A program made the position numbers and the translations under genes. This document shows positions 1-14,001 of a stretch of 64,000 nucleotides of DNA, piece by piece (position 1 is the first letter of the stretch; the number at the start of each line of letters is the position of its first letter). Source of the stretch: the human T2T-CHM13v2.0 reference genome, Homo sapiens. The notes beneath the pieces were generated by a model, which had not been told where the DNA came from, made no database searches, and worked only from the letters and a program-made list of their open reading frames with translations. The stretch lies in assembly GCF_009914755.1 (NCBI RefSeq), contig NC_060926.1; one strand, given 5' to 3'.

Positions 1-600
1 GAAAAGGATAAAGTGGAAGAAATCCCTCTACCTAATTTTAAGGCTTACTACATAGCAGTGCTAATCAAGGTAGTGTGCTATTGGCAGAGGGACAGATACA
101 AAGACCAGTGGCGCAGGGCAGAGAATCTAGAAATAGACCCACACAAGCACAGCCAACTGTTTTGACAAAGTTGTAAAAGTCCAACAGCGATAATCTTTCC
201 AACAAATGGCACTACAGCAACTGGACATGGAAAGTATGAAACTTGACCCAAATCTCACACCCTAGACAATAATCAAAAAGGGACACTGAACTGAAGTGTA
301 AAACTGTAAAACTTCTAAAAGAAAATAGGAGGAAATCTTTGAGACTTCAGGCTGGCCAAGGACCTCCTAGATATACAAAAAGCATGATCCATAAAAGAAA
401 AAAATTGACAAATTGGACCTTATGTTTTTTAAGTAAAAACCCTTGTTCTGCTGGCAATGCTACCACTACTATTAGCCCCTTTTCTGCCAGAACAAACCCC
501 TGGAGCACATTTTAAGGAATATAATGAATCACATACCCAACTTGTATCCAGAATACATAAAGGACTCTCTAGACTCAGCTGTAAGAAACCAAAGAAACTG

Positions 601-912
601 GGCCAGGCGCGGTGGCTCACACCTGTGACCCCAGCACCTTGGGAGGCCGAGGTGGGCAGATCATGAGGTCAGGATATCGAGACCATCCTGGCTAATATGC
701 TGAAACCCTGTCTCTACTAAAAATACAAAAAATTAGCGGGGCATGGTGGCACGTGACTGTGGTCCCAGCTACTTGGGAGGTTGAGGCAGGAGAATTGCTT
801 GAACCTGGGAAGCGAGGTTGCAGCGAGCTGAGATCATGCCACTGCACTCCAGCCTGGGCAACAGAGCAAGACTACATCTCAAAAAAAAAAAAAAGAAAGA
901 AAAAGAAAAAAG
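601..912 (+). mobile_element. AluS (Sc-like)
   Basis: Full dimer with A-tail; flanking repeat aagaaaccaaa on both sides. Confidence 0.95.
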
Positions 913-1449
913 AAACCAAATAATCCAATTGGAAAATGGGCAAAAGACACGAAAAGATGCTTCACCAAATACACACAAATGGCAAGAAAACATATGAAAA
1001 GATGTTCAGTATCACTAACCATTAGGGAAATGCAAATGAATGCCACAATAAAATACCATGATACACCTATTGGAATGACTAAAAAACAATTCTGGCAAGC
1101 AGGTAGAAACACTGGCTGTCTCATACATTGTTGGTGGGAATGTAAAATGGTACAGGCAGTCTGGAAATCAGCTTGGCAGTTTTTCAAATAGTTAAATATA
1201 TACTGACCACACAGCCCAGCAATCACATTCCTGAGCATTTATCCCAGGGAAGTGAAAAAAATGTTCATAAAAACACCTGCACACAATTGTTCATAGCAGC
1301 TTCATTTGTAATAGCCCCAAACCGGAAACAACCCAAATGTCCTTCAATGGGTGAATGGTTAAACAAACTAGTTACATACATTCCTTGGAATACCACTTAA
1401 CTCCAAAAAGGAATGAGGTATGGATACACACAATACGTGGGATGGATCT

Positions 1450-2259
1450 TGTGATGGTTAATTTTATATGTCAACCTGCTTAGTCTACAATACCCAGATA
1501 TGTGGTCAAACACCAGTCTAGATGTCACTGTGCAGATATTTTTACATGAGATTAACATTTAAATCAGTAGATTTGAATAGCAGATCAGCCAGGCATGGTG
1601 GCTCACACCTGTAATCCCGGCACTTTGGGAGGCTGAGGCGGGTGGATCACCTGATCAGGGGTTCAAGACCAGCCTGGCTAACATACTGAAACATGGTTTC
1701 TACTGAAAATACAAAAAATTAGCCGGGTGTGCGTGGTGGCACTCGCCTGTAATCCCAGCTTCTCAGGAGGCTGAGGCAGAAGAATCACTTGAACCCGGGA
1801 GGCAGTGGTTGCAGTGAGCCAAGATCACTCCCATTGCACTGTAGCCTGGGCAACAAGAGCAAAACTCTGTCTCAAAAATAAATAAATAAATAATAAAAAA
1901 TGAAGAAAGTAGATCACCTTCCTTAATCTGCTGGGTAGGTGGGCCTCATCCAATCAGTTGATGGCTTTCAGAGAAAAAGACTGAAGTCCCCCAAGGAAGA
2001 AGGAATTCTGTTTCCAGGCAGCCTTTGGACTCGTTGCAAATCAACTCTTCCCTGGGTCTGAAGCCTGCAGCCTGCCTTGCAGATATTAGACTTGCCTATT
2101 CCTGCAATTGTGTGAGCCAATTCTTTAAAATGATTCTCTCTCTCATACGTGTATATATACAAACATGTTTGTATACATACATACATATATATGCCTATAC
2201 AAACACACACACACACACACACACCTGTTGTTTCTGTGCCTCTGGAGGACCCTAACACA
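1450..2259 (+). mobile_element. MLT2B-type ERVL solo LTR with nested Alu
   Basis: Starts tgtgatggttaatttt and ends ctaacaca; 5 bp TSD gatct at 1445-1449 and 2260-2264; internal (TA/CA) microsatellite typical of MLT2. Confidence 0.85.
1587..1900 (+). mobile_element. AluS inside MLT2B
   Basis: Alu dimer with (AAAT)n tail. Confidence 0.95.
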
Positions 2260-4663
2260 GATCTCAAGTTCGCCATGCTAAGTAAGAAAAGACAGTCTCT
2301 AAAGGTTACAAACTGTATGATTCCATTCATATAAGATTTCCAAAATGGCAAAGTTATAGTGAAGGAGAGCAGATTTGTGGCTGCCAGGGGTCAGGGACAC
2401 AGGGAGAGGGAGGCAGATGAGTGAATGATGGAGAGGTGATGGGATAGTACTGATCTTGGTGGTGGTTATGCAAATCTACACTTGTGATGAAATTGCATAC
2501 ACACACATACTCATAGACACAAGAGTACACAAAAATAGTGAAATCTGAATAGGTCAGTGAATTGTGCCAATGCGGATATTCTCCTTTTGATATCATTCTA
2601 AACCCATGTAAGATGTTGCCATTAGAGAAAACTGGGTGAAAAGTACAAGATGTCTCTGTACTATTTTTGCAGCTTCCTACAAATCTATGATTATTTCATA
2701 ATGAAAAGTTTTTAAAGGGTGATGGGAAAGGTCTTTCAAGAGAGAAATCTTGTATCGTTGATTGGATGGGAGCTCCCAGAGGACAGAAACCTTACAAGAA
2801 ACCCTGACTTCCCAGGGCCTCCCCTGGGGCTGGCCACACCGCTGAGGCCGGTCACTCCGGGAGGAGATCCCAGCTGAATTCACAGGACAGCAACATGCAG
2901 ATGTCCTCAGTCAATGAAGCTGGACTGGTAGACAGTGGGGATGGGGAGGGAATCAAGTGAAATAAAATATGTGGGCCCAATACCTCTGAAATATGCATGT
3001 AACTGATGACTGTGCTTCTATGTTAACAGCCAAGGGTGATTTTTTGGCAATAGTTGCTCAGTTCCAGTCAGAAGAGCCAAAGCGAATGTGGGTGAATTTC
3101 AGAGCAATGATAAAGGTGAACAGTGACTGGCACTTCCCCACAGAGGCCAAGGGCCATGCAGCCATGAGGGTTGTAGGTGCAGCTGGGACTCCCAGAAGAT
3201 GAGCAAGAGGTGTGGGGAGGACAGGGCACCCTGCAAGTGGTCAGCTGTTGCTGTGCCGTGGACTCCCCACTCAACTCTCTTCCCATGCTCAGGAAGTAAA
3301 GTGCAGGTAAAGACACAGAGGGAGGGGCTAGGAATCAGGATGACCCTGGCCCACCCCTTGGGGCTGGCTCTCTGTGCCCTCTTCCAAGGTGGCAAGGAGA
3401 GCTGGGAGAAAAGCCAGCAGGGAAGGAGATCAGCTATAAAAAGGACAGACAGGAGAGCAGGGCTGCTGCCCCCTGTCACCCTGGGGGACTGCAGAGGCCC
3501 CCGAGCTTCTGTGCAGGGGAAGAGAGCAGAGAGCACTGTCAGCCACATCCTTGCAGCTCGGCAGCTCTGGCAGTGGGAAGAGAGGGTGGTAGACCGTCGG
3601 CCACCCTAGACCTCCTGAAGTGATGCTGGATTTCCAGTGATCTTCAGGGAAGTAGGTGTTCACAGGCCTTGGAGAGAAAGCTGCAGTAACCACTGTTACA
3701 GCCACGGCTGCCTCACCTCCCAGCCTGGTACCTCTGTAAGCAGCTCCATCTATGTCCCACCAACCTTTCCCTGTGTGCTTTCATGGCGCACTGACCCTGT
3801 GCTGGACTGGACTGTGCTCGAGTCAGGGCACACATGCTGCCTTTGAGCCCTCATGCCATCCCTGTGAAGCAGGAGCCATGGCTTGCCCACTGTACAGAAG
3901 AGGACCCTACATACTCTGGAAGGAAAAGCGACCTGCACATCTTCCCGCAGCCAGTTCTCAGTGGCCAGGATTTCAGCACAGGTTCACCTGATTCAGCCTC
4001 TGGGCTTTAACCACCCAGAACCCCTCTGCACCACCCTCCCTCATCAGGGAATGTGATACCAGAGCTCGGAAGTATCCAAGTGTGGATCTGCACCTTCAGG
4101 CCCCTGTCACACTGTACCACGGCTGGGGCTACTTTCCAATTTGTCCCATCCTTCCACGTCAGGCTCAGTCCCAACTCCTCCAGGAAGCCTTCCTTGATTG
4201 TTCTAGCTCAGGTGACCTCACCCTTCTCACGTCTCCAGAATGCATGTTCCTGTGGCCCCCACACCTAATGCCTTACTTTGTTAGAGAGGCAGGATATGAC
4301 GGGGGTAAGGGCTGTCCCCAGAGCTAGTTTGCCTAAGTCAGAGGGGGTAATGCCAGGGGCAACTAAGCACAGTACCTGGCAGAGGACGGACTCAATCAAC
4401 ACCAGGCATTAGTTGTAATTCTTAATGTGTACACACATTATATATACACACGCACATATATATATACACACATATACATATGACATGCACATAAAATATA
4501 TATCGTACATTAACATGAAAGCAGGAATTAGGTTAGAAAATAACATTTTGGTATATGTGACTCTTTCACACTTCTCTGTATTTTTCTAATTATCAAACCA
4601 AACATAGTACTTTGATGTTCTGGAAAAAAAATGAAGTAAAGGAGCATTAACAATTTTCAGCTC

Positions 4664-4975
4664 AGCCGGGTGCAGTGGCTCACGCCTATAATCCCAGCAC
4701 TTTGGGAGGCCAGGGCGGGTGATCGCTTGAGCTCAGGATTTTCAGACCAGCCTGGAAAACATGGTGAAATCCCATCTCTAAAAAATATACAAAACAAATT
4801 AGCCAGATGCAGTAGAGCATGCCTGTGGTCGCAGCTACTTGGGAGGCTGAGGCACGAGAATTAATGGAGCCTGGGAGGTCGGAGGTTGCAGTGAACTGAG
4901 ATCGTGCCACTGCACTCCAGCCTGGTGACAGAGTGAGACCCCATCACAAAAACAAAAATAAAGAAAAAAGAAAAA
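4664..4975 (+). mobile_element. AluJ
   Basis: Alu dimer; flanking repeat tttcagctca. Confidence 0.9.
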
Positions 4976-5689
4976 TTTCAGCTCATCTAGGTACCAAAAA
5001 AAAAAAAAGAAAGAAAGAAAGAAAGAAATTAAAGAAATATACACTTTGAAGCAAACAAAATGATTTGGTAAGAAATGCACGCATGCTCATTGAGCACCTT
5101 CTGTGTGCTCCTGGTGAGGTGCTGGCAACCCAGAAAGCAATAAGGCCTGGCCTCACCCAGCAAGCCCCGGGTGTGTGGGGAAGCACCTTGCCAGACCAGT
5201 CTCTGAGTCTGTTTCTTGAAGGCCACACCCTGCAAGGTGTGCTGAGAGCCCCAGGGAGTGCGAAGGTTTCTAAAACTCATTCCTTGCTCTAAACACATTT
5301 GCGATTGAGTAACATCTTAAAACTACATTGCCAATCCTCAGAGCAGTCCAGGACCCTAACGGGGTACCAGAAAACACCACAAACACTCTGTCCCCAGCTC
5401 AGCCTCACAGCAGCCCTTAGTTCTCACTACTTAAACCTTTATTAAGCACCTATTATTAGCCCAGTACGCGGCTAAGCCCTCTATGCTCTTTTCGTGCACC
5501 TTTGTAACAGAATTTGCCCCCCTGACAGCTGTCCCCGAGACTCAGAGAGGCATCAAGAGCAGAAATGCGGCTGAAATGCATGCACAATCATGTATATACT
5601 AAGTGTCTGTGATGAGAGCTAAAGTTTGGGGGGTACTTAGCACAGGCCAGGGCTGCTCTACGTGTGTGACCTTTAGAAACTCATTTAGT

Positions 5690-6006
<317 letters not shown>

Positions 6007-6491
6007 TTAGTAATCACAGCAATCCTATGAAGTAGATGTGATCTTTCCCATTTTACGGATGAGAACTCTGAGGCAGAGAGAGATAGGGCACTTGCCTGAA
6101 GTCACAGAGCTCACGTAGTCTGATGCTGTGGATACTCTGCCTCTGCTCAGGGATAGCAGCTGCCCCCACCTCTCCACCTGCCGCCCTCCTTCCAGGTGCA
6201 CGTCACTGTTCCTGCTGTTTAGGCCTCCTCTGTGCTCCCACCACCCTTGTGCTGCTGGTGCGTTTGGGGTCTTTGTCTCCCACTAGACCACACACTCCTG
6301 GAGGCTGGGGCCATGTCTTGATGACTCTGTGTCCCTCGCGGCCCCAGGCCTGGGCATAAGTGGTGAGTTCTGGAGTGGTCTCAGGAGGTGTCCTGGAGAT
6401 GGGACAGGAGGGAATGGATGTCTCTGGCGTGGTCCTCATGGAGGTTTTCTGGGGGAAGCAGGGCTGTGGGGCAATCCTAAAGTCCCATCTT

Positions 6492-6632
6492 GGCCTGGTG
6501 CGTTGGCTTACACCTGTGATCCCAGCACTTAGGGAGGCTGAGTTGGGAGGATCACTTGAGCCCAGGAGTTTGAGTCCAGCATGGGCAGCATAGTGAGACC
6601 CCAGCTCTACAAAAAATGAACATTAAAAAAAA
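6492..6632 (+). mobile_element. FLAM (free left Alu monomer)
   Basis: Single monomer with A-rich tail; flanking repeat aaagtcccatct / aaagccccatct. Confidence 0.85.
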
Positions 6633-7319
6633 GCCCCATCTCCTCTTCATCTCTATGGGGACAGCTGCCCAGGTATTGTCCCTACCCTGGCAATGGAGTC
6701 AGGGGTCCCAGGTGAGACTGGCAGTGCTATCGATAAGCAGCACACTGCCTGGGAGTCAGGGCCCTGCTCTGTAGCTCTGGGTAACTCGCTGCCCTCTCTG
6801 AGCATAGTGAATGCTCACAGGGAGGTGATCGCCAAGGGCCCCTCACCAGAAAGACTGGGCCAATTCCTTGTGAAGATCAGCTCTGGGGTCGTTGGACTGT
6901 CCGGTTATTGTCCACTCAAAGGCACAGGGGCATGAGGGCAAAGGGGCGGTGTTGACACAGGTGGCATTGGAGGAGGTCAGTGAGGGGGTCCTGGAGGGAG
7001 TGGACCTTGAGCTGACTTTTGAAGAATCAGGTTGAAAACGCCATGTGGAGAGGAGAGGGTGGGGCCTTCTTACCATAGGGACAGCTTATGTGAACCTAGA
7101 GAGGGGACAGAGAAGCACCTCTGCTGTGTGAAGTGGGGGCAACCAAGGCCTGTGTTCCAGGGAGAGGAGCTTGGGCTTCCTTCTGGGGCCAGTGGGCAGC
7201 TCTGGAGGGGCCTGGGCGGGTGACACCGTCTGATTCCCCGGCCGCCCTGGCTAAACAGCCGCCTCTCCTCCACCCTCTCTGGGCCTTCCTCTGCTTCATC
7301 CCCTTGGATCACATTAAAC

Positions 7320-7497
7320 TCACATACAGCCATATCTCATTCATTCATCATCTTTATCCCTTGCCATCCTTCCTAGAACGGGACACCCATGAGGGCAGGA
7401 CTTTTGTCTGCTTTGTTCTCTGCAGTAGCCCCTGTGCTCAGAAGGGTGTGTGGCACATAGTAGGTGTTCAACAAACACTTGCCGAATGAATGAACAA
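7320..7497 (+). mobile_element. L2 3' end
   Basis: tggcacatagtaggtgttcaacaaacacttgccgaatgaatgaa matches the L2 terminus. Confidence 0.75.
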
Positions 7498-10237
7498 AAC
7501 ACATCAGAAAGCTCACCCTCAGCCTTGTGAAGCCTCAGTGCAGGGTGGCCTAGGAAGCAGGGGGAATCTGAGGGGCAGAATCATCCCCCTTCTCATGGTT
7601 ATGGAACACTGAGGAGCCCCGACCTGCAAACGACTTCAGTATGGCCACATAGAGCTTTCTTTTTAAGCATCATCTCACTTAATTTCTTTAAATTCCTTTA
7701 AAAGGATTCGCTCTCAGCTACAAAAACCTCATGCACAAGTTAATCGAATAATGAAATTTAAGTTTCAAAAAGGAAACACTCAGACCTCTCCCCGTGTCCC
7801 CAGCCCAGGGCCAGGACCCTAGACAGAGTCCCAGGAGAGCGTACTAAGATCCCCTCAGATGGGGAAGGTGCGGCTCAGAGAAGGGCAGGGCTTGACAGAG
7901 GACACACAGCAAGGAGGGAGGACACCCAGAGTCACAGGCCTGAGCCCACTCCTCCCCTCTCTCTGGGACCTCAGAGGCCCGGGTCCCTCTCTCTATCGCT
8001 GTTGATCCGCTGGGTGGCCATGGCCAGGGCGCCACCTCACCACACATTCCCCTTTATTGGAAAATGACAAGATGGCACCAGCTCCTTCCCCAGGTTCCTC
8101 AAATTCCAAAGTGAAAGCCATCAGCAGGGACGCCTCCTAGTGCAGAAAATAGGGGAGCTTGGAGGCTGTTGGACTAGGGCTGCCACTTAAGGGTGGGGTA
8201 ACTTCTCTGACCCTCAGTTTCCTTATTTGCTAAAAGGGACAATGGGATCAATTTTGTAGGACTGTTGCCAGAGCTAAATATTATATTGCAGGTAAAATGG
8301 TTGGCATGGCAGTAAATGGCAACCTTTGGAATAAAAATAGTAATTATTATGTATTTATTTTTACCATTGCAGGTGATGGGGTGGGCAAGGTCAAAGGACA
8401 GGAACTGGAAACTCTTATGGACATTTTTCCTCCAAGCCCACTTCTAGCACTGGGTCCCCCACACCCCCAGGCCCCTCCCCAGCTGGCTGGGTCCACAGTT
8501 CCCAGGGGACGACCCTGCCCAGTACCTCTTGTTTGTGAGCCAAAATAAGCTGTTTTCTGAAAGAAATATCACCCTTTATTGTTCAAATAAACCTGCCTGG
8601 GCTTGGAGAGGAGACAGAGGTCAGGGGTGGGAGGCAGAGATGCAAACAGAGACAGAGCCAGAGCTTGGCCGAAAATGGCCACAGAGGAACAGAAAGGAGA
8701 CAGAGAGGAAGAAAGGGGCAACGTGGGCAGCAGAGAGGGAAGAGAGAGAAAGAAGGGCAGGGAAAGAGACAGATGGGACAGCCAGAGACAGAAGGAAGGG
8801 GAAGACAGGGCAGAGAAAGCCCGGGACAGAAACGCAGCAAGCCCGAGAGGAGGAGGACAGGGCGGGTGTGGCAAGCAAGCAGGTGCCCTGTGCACACAGG
8901 ACAGCTGGGTCCAGCCAGGCCCCACTGGCCCCCCTCCCTCTCAGTCCTGGGAGCCTCTGCAGGTGAGTTGAGTAGGTTTTCCTACTGGGAACAAACACCC
9001 TTTCAGGCAGCCTGTTCTCTGAGTGTGGCATGAAGTGGGGGTGGAGGCGCAGGTCTGCCCAAGCCATAGGGCGGGGTTCTGTGGAAGCTCTGCCAACCCA
9101 GAATGCTCCCTGTGAGAAGGACTGGGTCCCCAGCCAGGTTCAGGGCCCAGAGCAGCCTCTGTCATCAAAGCTGGAGAGGGGCCAGCCCGGGATGGGGTGA
9201 AAGATGTGGGCTGGTCCCTGATGGGTGTGAGCCTCCACCAGGAGCCGGCATGGCCAGGCAGTCAGAGGGACAAAGCCACAGCACCCGGTCACCTGCCCAG
9301 TGCCCAACGGTGGCCCGGGCCTTTAGCTCATTGCCCTGACTTATGCGCTCACATTGGAAGGGCAGGACCATGTCTGTGTTGAATCACTGAAGAAAACATC
9401 CTAGTCTGAAAAGAATGTGGGCACTTCTCTCTTGGACAGCAGAAGATACTTTGACAAACAGCCCTAAAAACCCGCATTCTGTGCTAGTGGGTTTCCAAGA
9501 CCCTCCCCAAGTTATCTGCAATTTCCCAGAAGGTTTGCCTTCTCCAGGTCACCTGTGGCTCCAAACGCCTGCTCCCACCATGTCACTACTGTTTTGGGAT
9601 CATCTTCATGCATCATGATCATCATCATGTCTCTATGTAGTGCACGAGGACCTGAGGACCCAAGTTCAGGCTTGACCCAGCCCCAGCTGAATGGGAAAGG
9701 CTCTCTTGTACTAAAGAGCCTGTAGGTGGAGAGAAGGGGTGAGCGATGAGGAAGCTGTAGTCGTGTCACAGGGAACGTTGGACAGTCATTTTTCCAGGAG
9801 TCTGCCGGCCCCCTTCCCCACCAAGAGTATCCTGTAGCCACTTCCTCCCACTCTGGCCTCAGGCTTACACCCCAGCCCCTTTCATCTCTTCCCCTCTCCA
9901 TCTGCCCTCCGAGCCCCTTTCCTCCTGGACTTTCCTGCCTGTCCCCCCAAACCCACCTTTGTCCTGGTCTTTCAGGGAGGTTTCATCTCCCCTGAGTTCC
10001 TCCCTCACCCCCACCATCCCCTGCTTGGCATGTGCTGCCCACGCAGTCCTCAGCCCAGCAGAAGACACCTCCCTTCATCACCATCCACCTCTTTTGGAAA
10101 GAAGCTGGGGTTTTAAATAGCAAAAACCTCCTTCTCCAGAATTCTGAACAGGGCCAGATCTACAGTCTTCACATCCAACTCCATAATACGGTGGGTAATT
10201 CAGAGGCGAGCCCTTGAAGAAGGAGCCAGTTTGCTCA

Positions 10238-10948
<711 letters not shown>

Positions 10949-11109
10949 TCAAACCCATGCAGACAGATGTCCATTATGGACATGCTTGTCTTTCCCAGTA
11001 AATCATGAGCACTGGGCAGATACAGCAAACTGAGAAAAAACATAACATCAGCCACAGATGGAGTGAGAAAGAGACCAGAAAATGGGACAGTGGGAGTTGA
11101 GCCTGAAGC

Positions 11110-12300
11110 CAGCACTCCCGTGTTGATTCTTTCTTGTTGCCTTTAAGATTTGTTATTTGCCTTTAGTTTTCAAGAGTTTGCTCATGATGTGTCTTGGTAT
11201 GAATGAGTTTCTCCTCTTAGGAGTTAACTCAGCTTCTTGAATATGCAGGTTTATGTCTTTTTGCCAAATTTGGGAGAATTTCAACCACTGCTTCTTTGAA
11301 TATTTTTTCAGCCCCACATTCTTAGTCCTGTCCTTCTGAGACTCTCATGACATGAATGTTAGGTCTTTTGTTGTGCCCTACAGGCCTCAAGCTTCTGTTC
11401 TTTTTTTCAGTCTCTTTCTCTCTCTTGCTTAGATTGGGTGATTTCTGTTGCTTTATCTTCAAGTTTCCTGATTGTTTTCTCTGTCCTTTCCATTCTACTG
11501 TTGAATCCATTCAATGAGTCTTTCAGTTATTTTTAACTTCTAAAATTACCATTTGGCTCTTCTTTATATCACTATTTTTTTTGCTAAGACTTCCTATGTT
11601 TTCATTTGTTTTCAGTGTGTTCAGAATTGCTCACTGAAGCATTTTCATGATGGCTGCTTTAAAGTCCTTGTGGGATAATTCCAATATCTCTGTCATCTCA
11701 GTTTTGATCGTTTTTTCTTATTTGAGGTGAGAGTCTCCTGGTTTTTGGAATAGAAAGTGGTGTTTCCCTGTACCTTTGTCATTTTAGGCATTATGCTATG
11801 AGACCCTACTTCTTATTTACATTTTCTGGCCTCCTTCTTCCACGGAGGAATGAAAGTCCCTGCTCCCCCACTCACCTCATTTGCTGTCACCCCAGCAGGG
11901 GACGGCTTCTAGCCTGGATGAAAGTCTCAGCTCCCACTTGGCCTTTGCTGAAGATGTTGGGGGTGGAGGCCACATTTTTTGTGTGTGTTTGACTGGAGTC
12001 AGGTGATTATCTTCTAAAAGTTTTCTCTCCACTAGGCTGCCTCTCTTCTGGTCCTTTGGCTAGAGAGAACAGGCTTTTGTTGGGGCTCTCTTTGGTCTGT
12101 GCTTCCTGGCTTTTTGGGTTGCTGGCAATGCCAACATCATCCAGGGTATATTAGGCAAACAAACAATCCTGGGACATTCGCCTCTGAGGTCCTTAGCCAG
12201 GCTGCTTTCTTCTTCCCCCTCCAGGGTCTTCTCAAGTTGTTTTGTGTATAATGCCCAGAATTTCTAGCTGTGCTTGGTGGGAGCCCTAGGAAGAAGCAGC
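11110..12300 (-). mobile_element. Old L1M 5'/ORF1 fragment
   Basis: Minus-strand degenerate ORF1-like peptide (KRPNIHVMRVSEG) and T-rich plus strand. Confidence 0.7.
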
Positions 12301-13807
12301 TAGCTGGGAATATATTCCATGTGCCACACAACATCTTGCTTGCTGAGTCCCAGCCTTTCTGCATCATTAAATACTTTCCATGCCCCTTTGTCACTCTCCA
12401 CCTTGACACATTCCCTTGCCTCATCATTCCTCAGAGGAGTTGACGTTGGGAGGCAGAGACAGGAAGATATGACTACAGTTTGTTTTTAAGAAGAAAAAAT
12501 GGTACCAGTCCCCAAACACCTCAGCCTTTCAGAGCCTCCAAGTTTCCTGGGAGAAAAATCCCAGAACCACATGGGTGGGAGCTCCATGACATGCATTTGG
12601 TTTTGCTTCAGAATTCACTGGCCAAGGCACTGTGAAAATCCAAAAGTCATTGGCCTGCTCTAAGCCGTAGGGTGTGCAGAAACCTCTGAAGGCTTCATTA
12701 AGTCTTGAAGAAAATAGGCCAATGGAAAGGCCTGCATTGGCATCCTCAGACGAACCCTTGGCCTAGCTGGCTTTTCATAGGCAGGGGCCTTTGGACCAGC
12801 CAGTGCAGAGAAGCGGACGTGGCTGTGGACAAGTGTCTCCCAGCTTATCTTCTGGCCTCTGGCTGGCCCAGCTGGGCAGTCCACAGAGCAGGTCCTCAGG
12901 GTCTGCTCGAACCCCTCAGTGCTCCACTGCTTGTCTCAGCATGGCTCAGGGTAGGGAGGAGAGGGTTCGGTTTGATTTCAGTCTGTCTTGGGTGTAAACC
13001 CCATTGAAGCACTCAATAGCTAATGTAACTTTGGCCACATTCCCTAAACTTTCTAAATATCTGTTACTTCCTCTATAAAATGAGAATGACAGAAACTAAT
13101 TCATGGGATTGTTGTAAGGAACAGAAACAAGTATGTGAAGTTTCTGGCACGTAATTTCCATTCATTCTGTCAGGCATTATCATCACAGTTAAAGAATTCC
13201 AGGGTAAATAAAAGGTCTCCAGTGTAAATATTGCAGACATCATGAGAAGTGTGTATACGTGTGTATGAATGGTTATATTTCTTTAGTTGGGGGCGCTGGA
13301 GTTCACCTTGCATGTTAACTCCATGGAGGTCCTACTTACTCTACCCCAGCTACTTATTTCACCCCCAGCTCCTGCCACGAAGCCTTGAGCCAGTTTATTG
13401 ACAAGGTTATATTGTCCTTATTTTTTCCACATTACATATTTAAGATGCTTAAAATTTCCTATGCCAAAGGAACATTCTAATCTCACAGCTCATAGCCAAC
13501 CCCTGAGACACAGGAACGTGTTAAAAGGACTTCTTCAAGCTAGGGGTAAGTTTGTGTAGTGCAGTTCTTAGCTAATCATGGATTAGAAAGTGTGAGGTGA
13601 GGATTAGCACATAAATAAAAGACTTCTTTGTCTTTATGCTCACTTTAATATCGCACTTTCCATTCACTTTTCTTAGGGGAGCTGTAGGGCTCCTGGACAC
13701 AACCATTCAGACTACACGGTTAATCTGAGTTTCATTGTTCATAGCTCTTGGATTCCACGTCATTTGGCCCTAAGAGAATTGAAGAATTCAGGCATACCCA
13801 CAAGTCT

Positions 13808-14001
13808 AGGGGTGGTAAATAGTCTCATCCCACACTCTCATTCCAATTGATTGGAATGGCTGCCTTGAGTTCACTGAGACAGATTCTGTGGCCCAGTCGA
13901 AGCCCAGCTCAGAAAGACAGTTGTGATGGATTAGCCATGTCTGCAAGGGACTAAAATATGGGAGACTGCTGTGTATGCTGGGTATTTGCCTGCTTACCCT
14001 G
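13808..14001. mobile_element. MER102-like hAT element
   Basis: aggggtggtaaatag...gattagccatgtctgc...tatttgcc...ccctg resembles MER102 termini; a MER58-like fragment follows at ~14004-14075. Confidence 0.6.

Larger units (their letters stand above)
1..2715 (+). mobile_element. Old L1M (L1MC/MD-like) ORF2 3' part and 3'UTR, interrupted by an Alu and an MLT2 LTR
   Basis: Degenerate ORF2 C-terminal motifs in the ORF track (HMKRCSVSLTIREMQ, IHCWWECKMVQ, KQPKCPSMGEWLNKL). The L1 3'UTR resumes at 2265 after the LTR. Confidence 0.85.

Noticed and set aside
979-1400. L1 ORF2-like peptides
   Set aside because: Frameshifted relics of a dead L1M, not a gene.
8529-9067. Stack of overlapping 100-150 aa ORFs
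   Set aside because: Caused by an AG-rich low-complexity tract that lacks stop codons.
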